From: Spizellomyces punctatus DAOM BR117
Lineage: Eukaryota
Length of the DNA: 64,000 nt
Strand: one strand, 5' to 3'
Assembly (NCBI GenBank): GCA_000182565.2
Contig: KQ257450.1
Numbering within the stretch: position 1 is the stretch's first letter; the number at the start of each line of letters is the position of its first letter. Of the stretch, positions 29,778 to 41,771 are shown piece after piece. Position numbers and translations under genes: made by a program. A model generated the notes under the pieces. The model ran no database searches. It had not been told where the DNA came from and was given only the letters and a program-made list of their open reading frames with translations.

Positions 29778-30550
29778 ATGCTCTATCCTGAGGCACGATC
29801 AAAGCAATGTTCGGCCACGGTTCGCAGTGCTAGCATCGTCTCTAAGAATTTCAATGACAGGTATGCAACAATCTTGAAGTGCTATGGGAGTTTCGTGGGT
29901 AAACGTTGCTAATTCTCTCATGTCCTCTCAATGCTAGGCGCATAGCACCGCTGCAGAAGCCTCAACGTTTGCCAATCAGACTACTGCGTTACTGCGCACG
30001 TCGGTTCTGAGCGATGACATATGGCCGCCTACATATCAATGATATGTATGTAGGCTTCATACCTATGTCAGATCTAGCCAGCGTCTGCCACTTTGAGGTA
30101 TACAGAAGCGTTGCAGTACTATGGGACCGAAACGTCATTTGCTAACAAATTCTCGCTTCCTCAAATACTAGAGCTATCTGACCAGAGCCGCATTTCCACA
30201 CGGTCCGCGTACCGCAAGCTTGATTACAAGGCATAGGCGATACACATCCGTTAATCTTCCAGCGGCTAGTTGGAACGCAACACGGGCCCTTCGATTCCGT
30301 CTGGAATGTGAGCGATGAAGATCAAATGAAGTTCCCAAACATTTGGATAAGGCGTGGAAAATCAAGACAAGGCTCGAATGGGATGTCTACACAGGTGATG
30401 AACCAAGTGATTGGATGGTGTCCACATTCAGTTCAAGACCGGAAGAGATTGCGGAATAGATCGCAACGTTTGGATTTCAGCCATCAGTGTGACATGTCGA
30501 TATACTGCAAAGTTCACATAAAGATAAGTGCTCCCTCTTTCCGGTGACCC
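29778..30550 (+). pseudogene. Decayed spliced gene of unknown family
   Basis: Two canonical introns (29861-29937, 30098-30171) with GTAT donors, TGCTAA branch sites and CTAG acceptors. Protein-like fragments (FQRLVGTQHGPFDSVWNVSDEDQ; LDKAWKIKTRLEWDVYTGDEPSDWMVSTF) lie in different frames with stops. Confidence 0.45.
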
Positions 30551-30604
30551 TCATGTGGAATCCTAGGAACATCCGCCGCGATGTCCGTACTTCTCTGGAA
30601 TGCA

Positions 30605-31490
30605 GACTGTGTGCCGACTTTGAAATAGAAAGGTATGCCTATATGAACTGAGTACCCGGTGGACGCTGTATGTGAAACACAAAGGTACGTAAAGTATCGC
30701 TGAGAACGCTGGGCCCCTATGGATGTGGAATTGAAATGGGCCCAGGACAAAGGTAGTTAACGTAACGCTGAGAACGCCGGGAGACTGGATTTGTAATTGA
30801 AACGTAAGCGCGTTTGAGAGCCCCAGACCAAGGTACGTTGAAGAATGATGAGAACGCTGGAGACTGTGGAATTGGAATTGAAAAGTGAGCGCACGTAAAG
30901 TTTGAGACCCCCGGACAAAGGTACGTGGAAGAATGATGAGAACGCTGGACAACGTGGATTGGAATTTGAGGAATACAAGTTCACGTAATTTTTGATGCCC
31001 GGGGACACTTGTGTCGGTGTTGGAATAGAAACGTACGTCTGTATAGACCTGAGTACTCGGCAGACGCCGCTCTGTGTGTGGAGTTCAAAGGTACGTTAAA
31101 GGAACGATGAGGATTGGATTTGCGGAGTACTTTAGTGCACATTAGTGAAGAACAACACGTGATATCCTGTCTGAAAGCTGCCATGTTCACGTGTAGTCAC
31201 GTGGTGATCTTCTCTAATGTGCACTAACTGGACCAGTTCGCATGATTTTTGATGCCGGGGGACCACTTGTGTCGAGGTTCGGAATAGAACTCTGGAACAA
31301 CTGGATTCGGAATTGAAATAGAATTGAAATACGCAACTGTTAGAGTAAGGTAGGTTTATATACAGCTGAGTGGCCCAGGACGCCGCGTGTCGAAAGTTGG
31401 AATCAAAGGGTACGGTTACATTAACCTGACGCCGAGACACATGATTTGGAACTGGAAACGTTGATATAATTTAAGTATCCCGGGGACGTC
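30605..31490 (+). repeat. Degenerate tandem array of roughly 50-110-bp units beginning AAGGTACGT, with nested higher-order duplication
   Basis: AAGGTA or near-identical starts at about 30630, 30682, 30750, 30830, 30918, 31088, 31347 and 31406. Shared GAGAACGCTGG and GGAATTGAAA motifs; segment 30978-31030 is repeated at 31234-31290. Confidence 0.8.
31133..31226. mobile_element. 94-bp non-autonomous element (MITE) with 30-bp terminal inverted repeats bounded by TA
   Basis: Left end TAGTGCACATTAGTGAAGAACAACACGTGA versus reverse complement of right end TAGTGCACATTAGAGAAGATCACCACGTGA (27/30 identical). The paralogous array segment at 30956-31000 lacks the insert. Confidence 0.8.
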
Positions 31491-31848
31491 GGGCGTCAAA
31501 CTGTGGGAAGGTTCGCTCAAAGTAAAAAGGAGTGGATCGCCCGTCGTGTGCCCCTAGCGCCCTGTTTGGGATGCATGAGACACGGCATTCACCATGAGGA
31601 AAATGGAGTCGGATCTCAGTAGAACGAGTTCAGGAGAGCGACTGGCCAAAAAGACCAGCTGGCACATGGCGAAAATCACATGTCACGGATAGACGGAGAC
31701 TGCGATGCGTCATAGCATTTAAGCAGGGGCACTCTCGCCTTCCGTTTCCCAGTTGGATTTTCCCTTAAGACTGAGCATATGCTTGCGTTGAATGTGAATA
31801 ACAGCACGAAAATTCAATTTATAAAACCATACGTAATAAATCATGATG

Positions 31849-34584
31849 TTAGAAGAAGGGTCCACCCGATCCCATGGCGCCTGCCTGCTGCTGCGCTCCA
31901 AACTGATTGAATCCGGGCTGCTGCTGCTGGAAACCCCCTTGCCCCGTTCCCATCGCCCCAAATGGTTGTTGTTGATTAAACCCTCCCTGCTGCATCCCCG
32001 CCATTCCTTGTTGACCAAGGGGATTTGCACCCATGTTTCCGGGGAACGCATTCTGTCCATACGCTCCACCCGCTTGTTGATTGCCAAATGCGTTACCAGC
32101 TGGAGACCCACCAAACGCGTTTTGTCCCGCCAGTTGGGCCAACGTCGGTTGAGTAGGCTTTGGTGTTTCCCACTGATACTTATTACCTTGTTGACCTCCG
32201 GTTTGGAATGGGTTCTTCGCCGCAGGTGCTCCAAATGCGCCGGTTGATGCTCTTCCACTGGCGAGGCTGTTGGCATCCAGATTGACAAGGTCCGATGCTG
32301 ACTTGTTTGGTGTGCCGAAACCGCTGCCTGTATTTTGACTTGCCATTCCAAAGCCTCCACCAGTGTTGTGTTGTGAAATAGGCTGGAGAAGGCTGTATTA
32401 GCTGTTTGCCATGTGGCTGCAGGGGGATCGACTGAAATATAACTCACCTGACTGCTCGCTTGCCCCATACCTCCATACCCGCCCGTAGAGTGTGATGCTA
32501 CACCACCAAAGCCGCCGGTCGAATGAGACGCGACCCCAATGCCTCCGAAACCGCCACCAGTGTTGTGCGCAGAAACTCCAGATCCAAAACCACCGCCCGT
32601 AGAGTGAGATCCGACTCCCTGACCTCCATATCCGCCTCCAGTCGAATGCGCAGCGATGCCCTGACGCGAAATACTTAATAATGAAGGACGTGCCTCGTGC
32701 AAACAGGGGCTATGCCGCTATACGCACCTGTAGATTGGATCCTCCCATTGCCGCAAAAGGATCACCACTGCTAGTCGCGTTGCCGCCAAATGGGCTAAAC
32801 TGGCCGCCTGCTGCACTTGCCCCTTGGTTTTGAGCATTGCTAGTAGATAATGTGTCGTTCAATATAAATGTTTGACCAAATACAGCGTCATTTCACCTAC
32901 GTGTTTGAGCGACTTGCTGCGAGACTTGCAAACGGGTCGATGGGACCGCTACGAGAAAACCCTTTAGCTTTCCGCAGTCGGTAGAAGCAATTTTTATTGT
33001 CCTTGTCATTGTAATTACCTTCCCCTAGCAAGGGCATTATTGTCTCCGGTAAGCTGTTGCTGAACCGGAGCTGAGTTGGGTGCAGCACCTCCGAATGGAT
33101 TGCTGCCAAAAGGATTAGACTGTTGTTGCATAAACTGTTGTTGCGCGAGCTGCTGCTGTTGCTGCTGCTGGGCCAACTGCTGCTGCAATTGCAATTGCTG
33201 CTGCTGCTGCAAAAGATATTGTTGTTGGAATTGCTGTTGCTGCTGGGCGAAGGGATCGGTACCGCCAAATCCAGCAAATGGGTCGTAGCCGCCACTTTGC
33301 TGTTGCTGCGCATAAGGATTAGTCGGAGTAGTGTCTTCAAGACCCCCGAAAAAGTCGATGATGTCGTCCTTTTTCGCAGAGTCTCCCGTTGGCTGGTTCT
33401 GCATTGCTTGATCCCGTTCGCGCATTCGCCTCTCAATAGCTTCCTTTTCGCTCAGTTCAAGTGCTTTTTGCAGTTCTTCCTCCCTATATTTAGGATTAAA
33501 AACGTGACGAGACAATCGTTGCAAAGCGAGCACTTGACACCATACTCATTGTCCAACGCTTTTCGACGACTTTCATCTTGTTGGGCTGTACGTCTGCTCT
33601 CTTCAAGAGCTTTTTGCAATTCACGGTCCTCGTTATAATAGGAACCTCCCTGATTTATCCCTGCACTCGGAGCGCCAAACCCATCGCCTGCGGTCATTCT
33701 GCCACGCATATCCATTCTCGTCTGGCGTGCTTCTCGCAAACGGGACTCATCAGCTAACAGGGCTGTAATATCTTTACTTTTTTGTCGAACTGTCGAAAAG
33801 CGCAACCAAACATGAGTCATTTACTCGGAAAATGACCTATGAGACGCATACCATTGGCTCCTTGGTCTTTCCCGTCGTCGTCGATGTACTGAAATTCTTT
33901 CAATGTTTTTATAACATAAAGATTTTCCCGAGCATACGCAATGACTGCCTCAGAACCGGTGTGCAGCAGATAGTCCAATAGTGTCAGAGCCTATTACGGC
34001 AATAATGTTACATATATCATCCGCCTCCAGTAACCTTTAGCAAATGCGTACCTTGAATACATGTCTCCAGTTCTTTCCGTGGTCATTAAGTCGTTTGTCA
34101 ATCATCTCCATAATTTCTAGAAAATCTCGACTGGGGTAAAAAGAGGGTCAAGGATACTCATTTATTATGGAATGATAGCAAATGGATGCACGTACTGGTT
34201 GAACGTGGCCTGAGATATCTCCGCCATCAACGACCCTGAAGGACCCCACTAGCATCCAATTGCAATTCAAGTCAGAGTCAATGGGACTTTAGCAGGAGAA
34301 GGGGACATGAGTGAGTTTACTAACCGGATCATTTGATGTTGCTTGCCTGATACACAAGGATGGGTTGGTTAGAACGCATCATAGACGGCGTTGTTATGAG
34401 ATGTCTTACCGGACTTTGATCTGAATATCCGAATACCCTTTGGTATAGTTTTTTCTACAATGTCATACCAGCCCGTCAACGATACGTCACCCACACGAGT
34501 CCTTACGAATGTACCAGCGACTGCGAAACCATATCTGTTCACTTACGCTGAGCGAAGAAGGCTCTTTCCCAGTTGCTTTGACAT
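31849..34584 (-). CDS. Epsin (ENTH domain endocytic adaptor, Ent1/Ent2-like)
   Basis: ENTH motifs [47 protein letters not shown]; two UIM-like motifs (ELQKALEES, ELQKALELS); polyQ tract; NPF/DPF motifs; DLVNLD. Confidence 0.93.
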
Positions 34585-35133
34585 GGTTTCAACGGGTATT
34601 CACGCACACAACCTTTGTCGGAGATGGAGTACGGTGTACGCGTTTTTGCACTGGTACCAGAGTCTGGAGCGATATGTCCTCCCCGTCGATCAAGAGGTCC
34701 GAAAGGTGTGCTTGTCTACACAGGAGAGGGTGGAAGTGACTTCCCGGTGTAATTCTTGTTCTGTGTGAGAAGGCGCGAGGTAAAAGACAAGTCGTTGCTA
34801 GATGAGATGCTTTCTAAAAAGTTGTTATCGGATGCAAGGGGGCTGAGCGAAGCGCTGGTGACGAATTTCCAATGGGATTTGGGGGGGCGTTTAGCCCATT
34901 AATTACCGGCGCGGTGGAATTGATCGGGCTTTCCAACTGGCCTTGCTTTTACCGCGTTTATTTTTTTATAACGGTTTTCAATCTCGACATCTACTCGTTT
35001 TTGTTGAGAGAATTCACGGCGCACTCTTTACGATTTGTACTGTGCGACAGGTAGTGATGCTGTCGTAGAACTCGAGACGAGGTCGGCCTCCAGGTTTGAA
35101 TTGGTGGAGGGAGAGTCTGGATTCCTCGTCACC

Positions 35134-38100
35134 ATGATTTTCGTATTCGTTGTCGATACGAGTGCGTCAATGAACCGGTTATTTTCGGAAAATCTCACTT
35201 TCCTGGAAAGTGCAAAGGCCGCCATTGAACACTTTTTCAAGGTCCGCAATTTGGTTCTGAACGGATGACAGCCGTTCAAGATCTCCAAGCTTTGCTGCAC
35301 TGTCCAAAAGCTCATCTGTTACTCGCTCCTCCATCGTCCGCTGCCTTTATTAGTGGGAACATGCGTCTTCTAGCCGCAAAGACAATAGATACATGCTGGT
35401 TGCCTATGAAGAGCCTTATTATAAGGTACCTTGTCATCTTGCCAGCGTCTGAGGCTGTCCGTCAATAGTCCTGTTACTGCAGAGCAAATCATGATCCAAA
35501 ATGATACTAAACGATCATCTTAGACCCTTCTTGATACCGATAACGATCAGATGTTGTTGCAGGAGCTGAAAATTCTGAAAGCTACCGACTTGTCTACAGC
35601 CGGAGCAGCTTTTGCGGGAACTTTTGACTATTTGGACAATTACCGCAGGAGAAATAGCTTTGATAACATTGGGCGTGTATGTAGTGCTGAGGACAATCGA
35701 ATTAGAATCGTTACATGGACGCTCATGGTGGATCCCTGCCCCATGTTTTTAGGGTCGATATCCTGCGGACTTGGAGACGACCACAATGTTCTGGTTCACG
35801 GATGGTTCGGGCTTCATGGAACAGTCCGAGGATAGTTGGGTCGTATCGGACGATGTGAGGTTCACTTGCCGCGCTTGTAAAGATACCTTGCATGAAAGCT
35901 GAAATTCCAATTGTTTGATGTTTGTGAAAAGCTGAACATTCCGCGACTTCGAACACCTGGAAGCAAATTGTATGCTGAACCATATAGATGGGACCAACGC
36001 TTATACACATTGTGGTTGACCGATGAAGTCGGCCCGAATAAGGAACAAGTAAACAAGCTGAGCAATGATATGGGCGGTAAGCTACTGCGCTACAATCAGC
36101 ACTATAAAATCTATACATATATACTTCACCTCCATGTAGGACAATGGTGGCAGATTCCTAACGTTAGGTACCTTCTCCAATGCATCGATAACTGCATGCG
36201 CCCAAATGGGCATCCGGGTGTCCATCCATACGCTCCTGTTTGCAACATTGAAGGAGTTATCGTGCGACTGGTCGAACATCCTGGTATGGGGTCTGCTCTC
36301 CCCGAACGATAGACGTTACCAGTTGTTATCACTAACATGGTTTGCTGCAGACACGTGCAAGTGGATATCAACTCCTGAGCAGCCAGGTCCACCGGAGGAA
36401 AAGTTGATTGTGTACTCGAACAAAGGGTCTACACATCACTTTCCAATCCCCGAGTCCTATTGGATTCCTGGCAGCGGAGCCGACGACGCATCGAAACTTT
36501 TCAATATCGTAAGTCGCTTGGCTTTCACCTAAACTACGGATTAGATCGTTGGACAGCCTCTTTCGATTTAGCCACCTCGGTCTGCGCAACCGAAAATATA
36601 CTTTACAAAGCGTGACGACGTATATCCGATTCCCGAAGGGTTTCCAGTAGATCGATTTAGTATTGATCAGAAGAGCGCTATTGTGCGAGAATTGATGCAG
36701 CAGCCGGGGCAACCCAGCTGGACGGTAGGCGTGGAACTTAGCAGCCGACTAATCAGTGGGCATGGCACTGATAGCAAGTAGTTGTTTGTTCAAAATAGTG
36801 ACAGCACCCCTGGGTTCGGCAAGCCATTTGGGACGCTGAAGTACAGTGGAAGCAGCAGAACAGTGAGCCTGTACATTATGCCATACGATTTTCCAAAACT
36901 ATTCGGACTACTTTGTAAGAAAGAAGATATGGTGATAGAGTATGCGATTATTGACACTCGCGGTCATCCTTATCAGTGATGTTGAAGAGGCGACAAAATC
37001 CCAGTGGAATCATCAGTGACATTGTCAGTGACATTGGAGACTATATTCGTTCTGTTCCAATATACTACCGGGAGGTCAGTTGAAGGCAGGATCGTTCCTG
37101 GTGTGACGAAAGAGAGCTAATGCATTATCTACAGCCTCTCAAAAAGGCTTTCGCAACTATCAATTTGATGCATATCTGGCCAAAGGATGTTGTTCATGAT
37201 TATCATGTCGGCATTGAGCACGTTTCCCATGAAGCAGTTCGTAAGGTAACAAATACTTCATGGTTTGTTTTGGATTACGTGCGTCCTTAACATTGACTGC
37301 GAAATCCAAAGGCTAAAACGGAAGCTCTAGCCGTACAACAAATTGTACAGCAACGCAGGTCCGCTTCTCGACTGGTAAGTAGAGCACGAATCTCCGTCGG
37401 TTGCGCGAGGGCCAGTGTATCGCCACTCAAACTGACCGATTCCTGCGCGTACGATCTATCAGCGATCCCATCCTCAACATGCAGAGTCTCAGAACGTCCA
37501 GATTCCCAACATTGTTGACATTCCCCGGGACCAACTTGCTACAAAACTCCAACAGATAAAGGCTTCTGTTATGAATGCTGTGCAAGGTCAGAGAGAACAG
37601 AAACGACCCTCGCAAGAGGATGAAGGTGAGTTTTCTTCACTTTGATAGTAGTGTGACCAGAGCTGAATGTCTCTTGCAGATCACCTTCACATGTTGCCAA
37701 TTTCTGAGATGGGTAACTATGCTCCCCGTATGGCGAAACAGCAACGCCTACGCGACCCTTTCGAAGATGACGATGTTGCAAGACAGCGGGAGAGAAACAT
37801 GTTCGGGAACCCCTATCGCATGGATAAGAAGATTTCCATCGACGAAGAAGATGAGGCGTCGCAGTTGGAAGTAAATATTTCAGATACCGCGACGGACGCT
37901 TCAAGTGAAGTATCAACGTCAAGACGCAAGCGAAAATGGAGGTCTGTATCCCCGTCCATACGTCCATACAACCGTCATCGAGTTCCTAGGTTGTCGCCCT
38001 CCCCAGCACCAGTGCTAGTGATGCCCCCAGTATTAAGCTGGAAAGAAATCAAAGAGGGCAAAGTGGACGTCACCTCAATGAAGAAGAAAGCTCAGGAGGA

Positions 38101-38939
38101 GTATATCCAGAAGCGTTCTGCGTTGCGAGACGCCTCACCTGTGGATATAAAAGAATCCCCCCGAGACCAAGTGAAGACAGAAACACCAAATAGAGTATCG
38201 GATTGGTTGGTTGGAGTACATATCGAGGCTATTGAAGATTCAGATGAGGAGGAACAAGCTTTGAGTGAAGACATGGATACTGATCCCAATACGCATATGC
38301 CACCGGATGGCGACGCCTTTGCGGGAAAGCAAGCAGGAGCTGCTCCAGTTGATCGCACCAATGAAATTAGACCTCCGGCTGCAGCTGGTGGCACAACAGG
38401 CCTGATCGCCCATCCAACCGGTGTGGCTAACCAAGCCAGGAAGGGTCCAAAAAGAAAGACTCCTTCCCCTGAACCGGATGGTGCATATGATGGGCAGGTA
38501 CAGCAAAAATGGGGTAGATGGGATTCTTTTGTGGATGTGAGAAGAAGGATACACTCGTTGATATGGCGATTGCCACGAGGTATGGAGCTATCCCGCAAGT
38601 GCTATATTAGTTGCTCGGAATAATCAAGATACTCTGGAACCAGATTACAATCAAAATCGGGTCTTGAAAACCCTTGATGTTACTGCGGAAACAACTCATC
38701 TAACTACGGATGATAAACACAGGATACTGAAGCATGCCATACGCGCCGGTAATGCCTTCAGACGGCAACTTGTCGCATTCCACGCTCAATCTTTGCTGGA
38801 TGGTGGGCGGTTTCCGGAACCATCCGGGGACATCTGGTGGAATGACCCTCCGACACACGAGGATGGGTTTGGTCAAAATGGACGAACCGGTTCTCATTAT
38901 GCATCACCATGGCATATCCTAGAGCCAAACGGAAGTTAA
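35134..38939 (+). CDS. INTS6: Integrator complex subunit 6 (INTS6/DDX26) homolog
   Basis: N-terminal VWA start MIFVFVVDTSASMN...LESAKAAIEHFFK; PGSKLYAEPYRWDQRLY; HFPIPESYW; GFPVDRF; KPFGTLK; MPYDFPKL; HMLPISEMGNY. Confidence 0.85.
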
Positions 38940-39155
38940 TTTTGTGGCAGTCGGCTGTACATTGATTACAAACTGATACCCAAAACCATGGTGACCGGTG
39001 TAGGAAGACGTCAAATGGGACAACCAACAATGACATGCACTACGTGAGTCGTAGCTTTCTACAACAACGTCTCTACATACGATGGGCAACGTGACTATTT
39101 ACTATGTGGAGGACTACAACAATCTCTTGGCGCGAGTGACTGACGCCGGGCGACC

Positions 39156-40635
39156 TTAAACGGCAACCAGCGTCTGAGAGCCTTCCCAGGTATCACCTGG
39201 CCCAAGCTTGATCATCGCCGCAACGGAGCCGACCTTCCAAAATAATGTACGACGGTCAGCTATATCAGAGGAAGAAGATACTACTGCTCTTCAATATACC
39301 TCCACACAGATCATGTTATGATACTGTGACAAAAACATTAGTATAAGAATTTCTCCCTGGTTGGATTGTACTGTTCCTACCTCCTCGTCGCCAAAGTCGG
39401 CCATACTCTTTGCCTTGTCGACCCACGGGTTCCAAACAACTTGTAGAGGCGAGAACTGTTAAATCTTTTTCCCCGATTGATGCCTTCAGCATATTCTGAC
39501 ACTTACCCACGTCGGGAAAATTACTTTTATGAAGAACAATACCTGCACCAATGGCAGTTCCTTGCAATGTAATGGCATCATTCTTGACTCCTTCATATAC
39601 TCTGTCAACTTCGCCAGCGATAGTCACGCGTTCACGCGTTTCCTGCGCCTGAGCACCATTGGCGACCTTATCGACGTACGGGTAACCATTCAATCCCACG
39701 ACAGCTGCAGTGGCAATTTCTTGCACTTTGAAGTACGTGTGAAGTAGTGTCGTGAAATCCCAACTGGTGCTGGAAGGGTTTTTGATGGCAAGGCCCGTTC
39801 GCAGGGTGTTGGAGGTGAGCGTCACGGTGTACGTAAGCCGAAAGTCTAGTCCAGAAATTAGGTTGGAGTCGAAATCACGCGCAATGTGCTCCGACCAACT
39901 TACCATGAGGCCACAATTCGCGCAGGTTCGCAGGCACATTGTCCGGTTTCAGAGCTATCAGGAAAGTCGAAAAATATTAGCGGACCCAGTCGGAGCCAGT
40001 CGGACCCATGTGAGGGCCTGCTTACCCAGCTCCACGGTGGTTTCTGAGGCATTATCAGTGGTGATTCCTACCCAGTCCCATCTACGTGAATGTCATTTCA
40101 ATAAAGAAAGTCCAATATTGACGTGATAAGAGAAGAGAGGAGCGCACATACCGCGAATTACGAGCGAACCCATGCTGAGGAAGCTTCGATGTAGGAATGG
40201 TACCAAAATGGGGGAACACTAGCGGACTGTGAATTTTGACATGTCAGCAACTCTTCACACATCTCAGTCATACAGAAGGATAGGCCATCGTCAAGACGCA
40301 CATTCCACCACGAATTGCCTTTGTTCCGTTCAAAATGGCCTGCTTGCTACCAATCCCGTACAGTTAGTAGTGAAATTACGAACTACCATCATAGCACAGA
40401 TGCAAGTCTCGTCCAGAGTCGATACCTCACAAAGATTCTTTCCAATCCATTGGGCTTCCAGCTGGTCAAAGTTGCTCCATAGTAATAGATTTCGGCAGTA
40501 CTGTCGCCGTGCTTCACAACTACTTTGTCCGGATGCGTGGTGTCGACTATTCATGTAAAAATGAGAACGCTATCATCCAGGCGCCAAAGAACGCATGGAG
40601 GGCGTCTTTACATGTATATCCACTGTACCTGGCAT
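39156..40635 (-). CDS. Glucose-6-phosphate 1-epimerase (aldose-1-epimerase family)
   Basis: YGATLTSWK, AIRGGIPLVFPHFG, LPQHGFARN, FTTLLHTYF, EVDRVY, VVWNPW, MICVE; many short exons. Confidence 0.92.
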
Positions 40636-40991
40636 AATGACCTTTCACAAGAAGAACAAGATGGTTATGATGGAGAAATGGGGGAAATGCTCCCGCCGTG
40701 CAATGTGTCATCATATAACAGTTGGACGCGTTTGCCAAATCCAGATCAAATTACTGTTCAGCGAACGGACATTTCACTCCTTGTCGCACTCACACCAACT
40801 GGGTCAAATCACAGCTCCCTGTTGTCCAGTAACGTCTGCCATCTGCGGTCTTGCCCAAAAGTCTATCGCTTTGCGGCTACAGACGGTCCCATTGGTGTGC
40901 GACAAAACGCGTAGATCGCGACGGTGCGTTGTCAGATCTGATCTAACATCGACAAGCGTCCGTCGACCAGAGTTGCTAAAGTACATGTTAG

Positions 40992-41598
40992 ATGGTTCGC
41001 ACGACTCCCGTCAAAACTCCTACTCGGAGCAAAGCTCCGGTAAAACGGACTCCCGCGACCAAGGGAAAATTGGCGAAAAAATCCAGTTCACGGACGGGTG
41101 AGTTGATTCACTCGGCTACCAGCGTTTGAAGTTTTCAACTCACTGGACCTTCTTTTCACCCTTTACAGCACCGCCACCTCCACCCAGACCCCATCGCTAT
41201 CGTCCGGGAACCGTTGCCCTTCGTGAAATCAGGAAATATCAAAAATCTACCGAGTTGCTCCTTCGCAAGCTTCCCTTTGCTCGTCTTGTGAAAGAAGTTT
41301 CTGCTGACTTGTCGACCATGGAGTATTCGGGAGGTCAACCACCTCGTTGGCAGGCTACTGCTATTCTCGCTTTGCAGGAAGCCGCTGAGGCTTTCATGGT
41401 TCACTTATTTGAAGATGCGTAAGTTGAACAGGTGCTGCCTGGAACTTAATGCCCGGCTTGTACTGATACAGATTGATCGATCCAATATTGCGTTCATCTA
41501 GTAATTTGTGCGCAATTCACGCCAAGCGTGTTACAGTCATGCAGAAAGATATCCAACTGGCCAGGCGCATTCGTGGACCCTGGGGAGGTCTGGGTTGA
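40992..41598 (+). CDS. CSE4: Centromeric histone H3 variant CENP-A/Cse4
   Basis: H3 fold ([21 protein letters not shown]...[25 protein letters not shown]) with a non-H3 N-tail, extended loop 1 ([13 protein letters not shown]), and RWQ and VHLFED substitutions typical of cenH3; two introns. Confidence 0.9.
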
Positions 41599-41771
41599 AG
41601 AAGAATGGCTCTTTCGATATACCCCGTATAATCTATCGCAATCCTAATGTAAATAGAACTTGAAATGTTGAGATGTTAAATGTGCTTGCTCTGCGTGATA
41701 GTATGCATGCGATACGTGGTGAGGATGATTATCAATTGACCACATCGACATTAGTAGTACATGCGCTTCCA

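Noticed and set aside
30720-31330. Recurrent GGAATTGAAA(C/T/A), resembling the 3' end of prokaryotic CRISPR repeats
   Set aside because: Spacing is irregular, the intervening sequences are paralogous rather than unique spacers, the repeats are not identical, there are no cas genes, and the context is eukaryotic.
33076-33638. Poly-Cys and poly-Leu ORFs on the plus strand
   Set aside because: They are antisense shadows of the epsin CAG/CAA polyglutamine tract.
41126-41598. Canonical histone H3
   Set aside because: The ARTKQTAR tail is absent, loop 1 is longer and cenH3-type substitutions are present, so it is called CENP-A.
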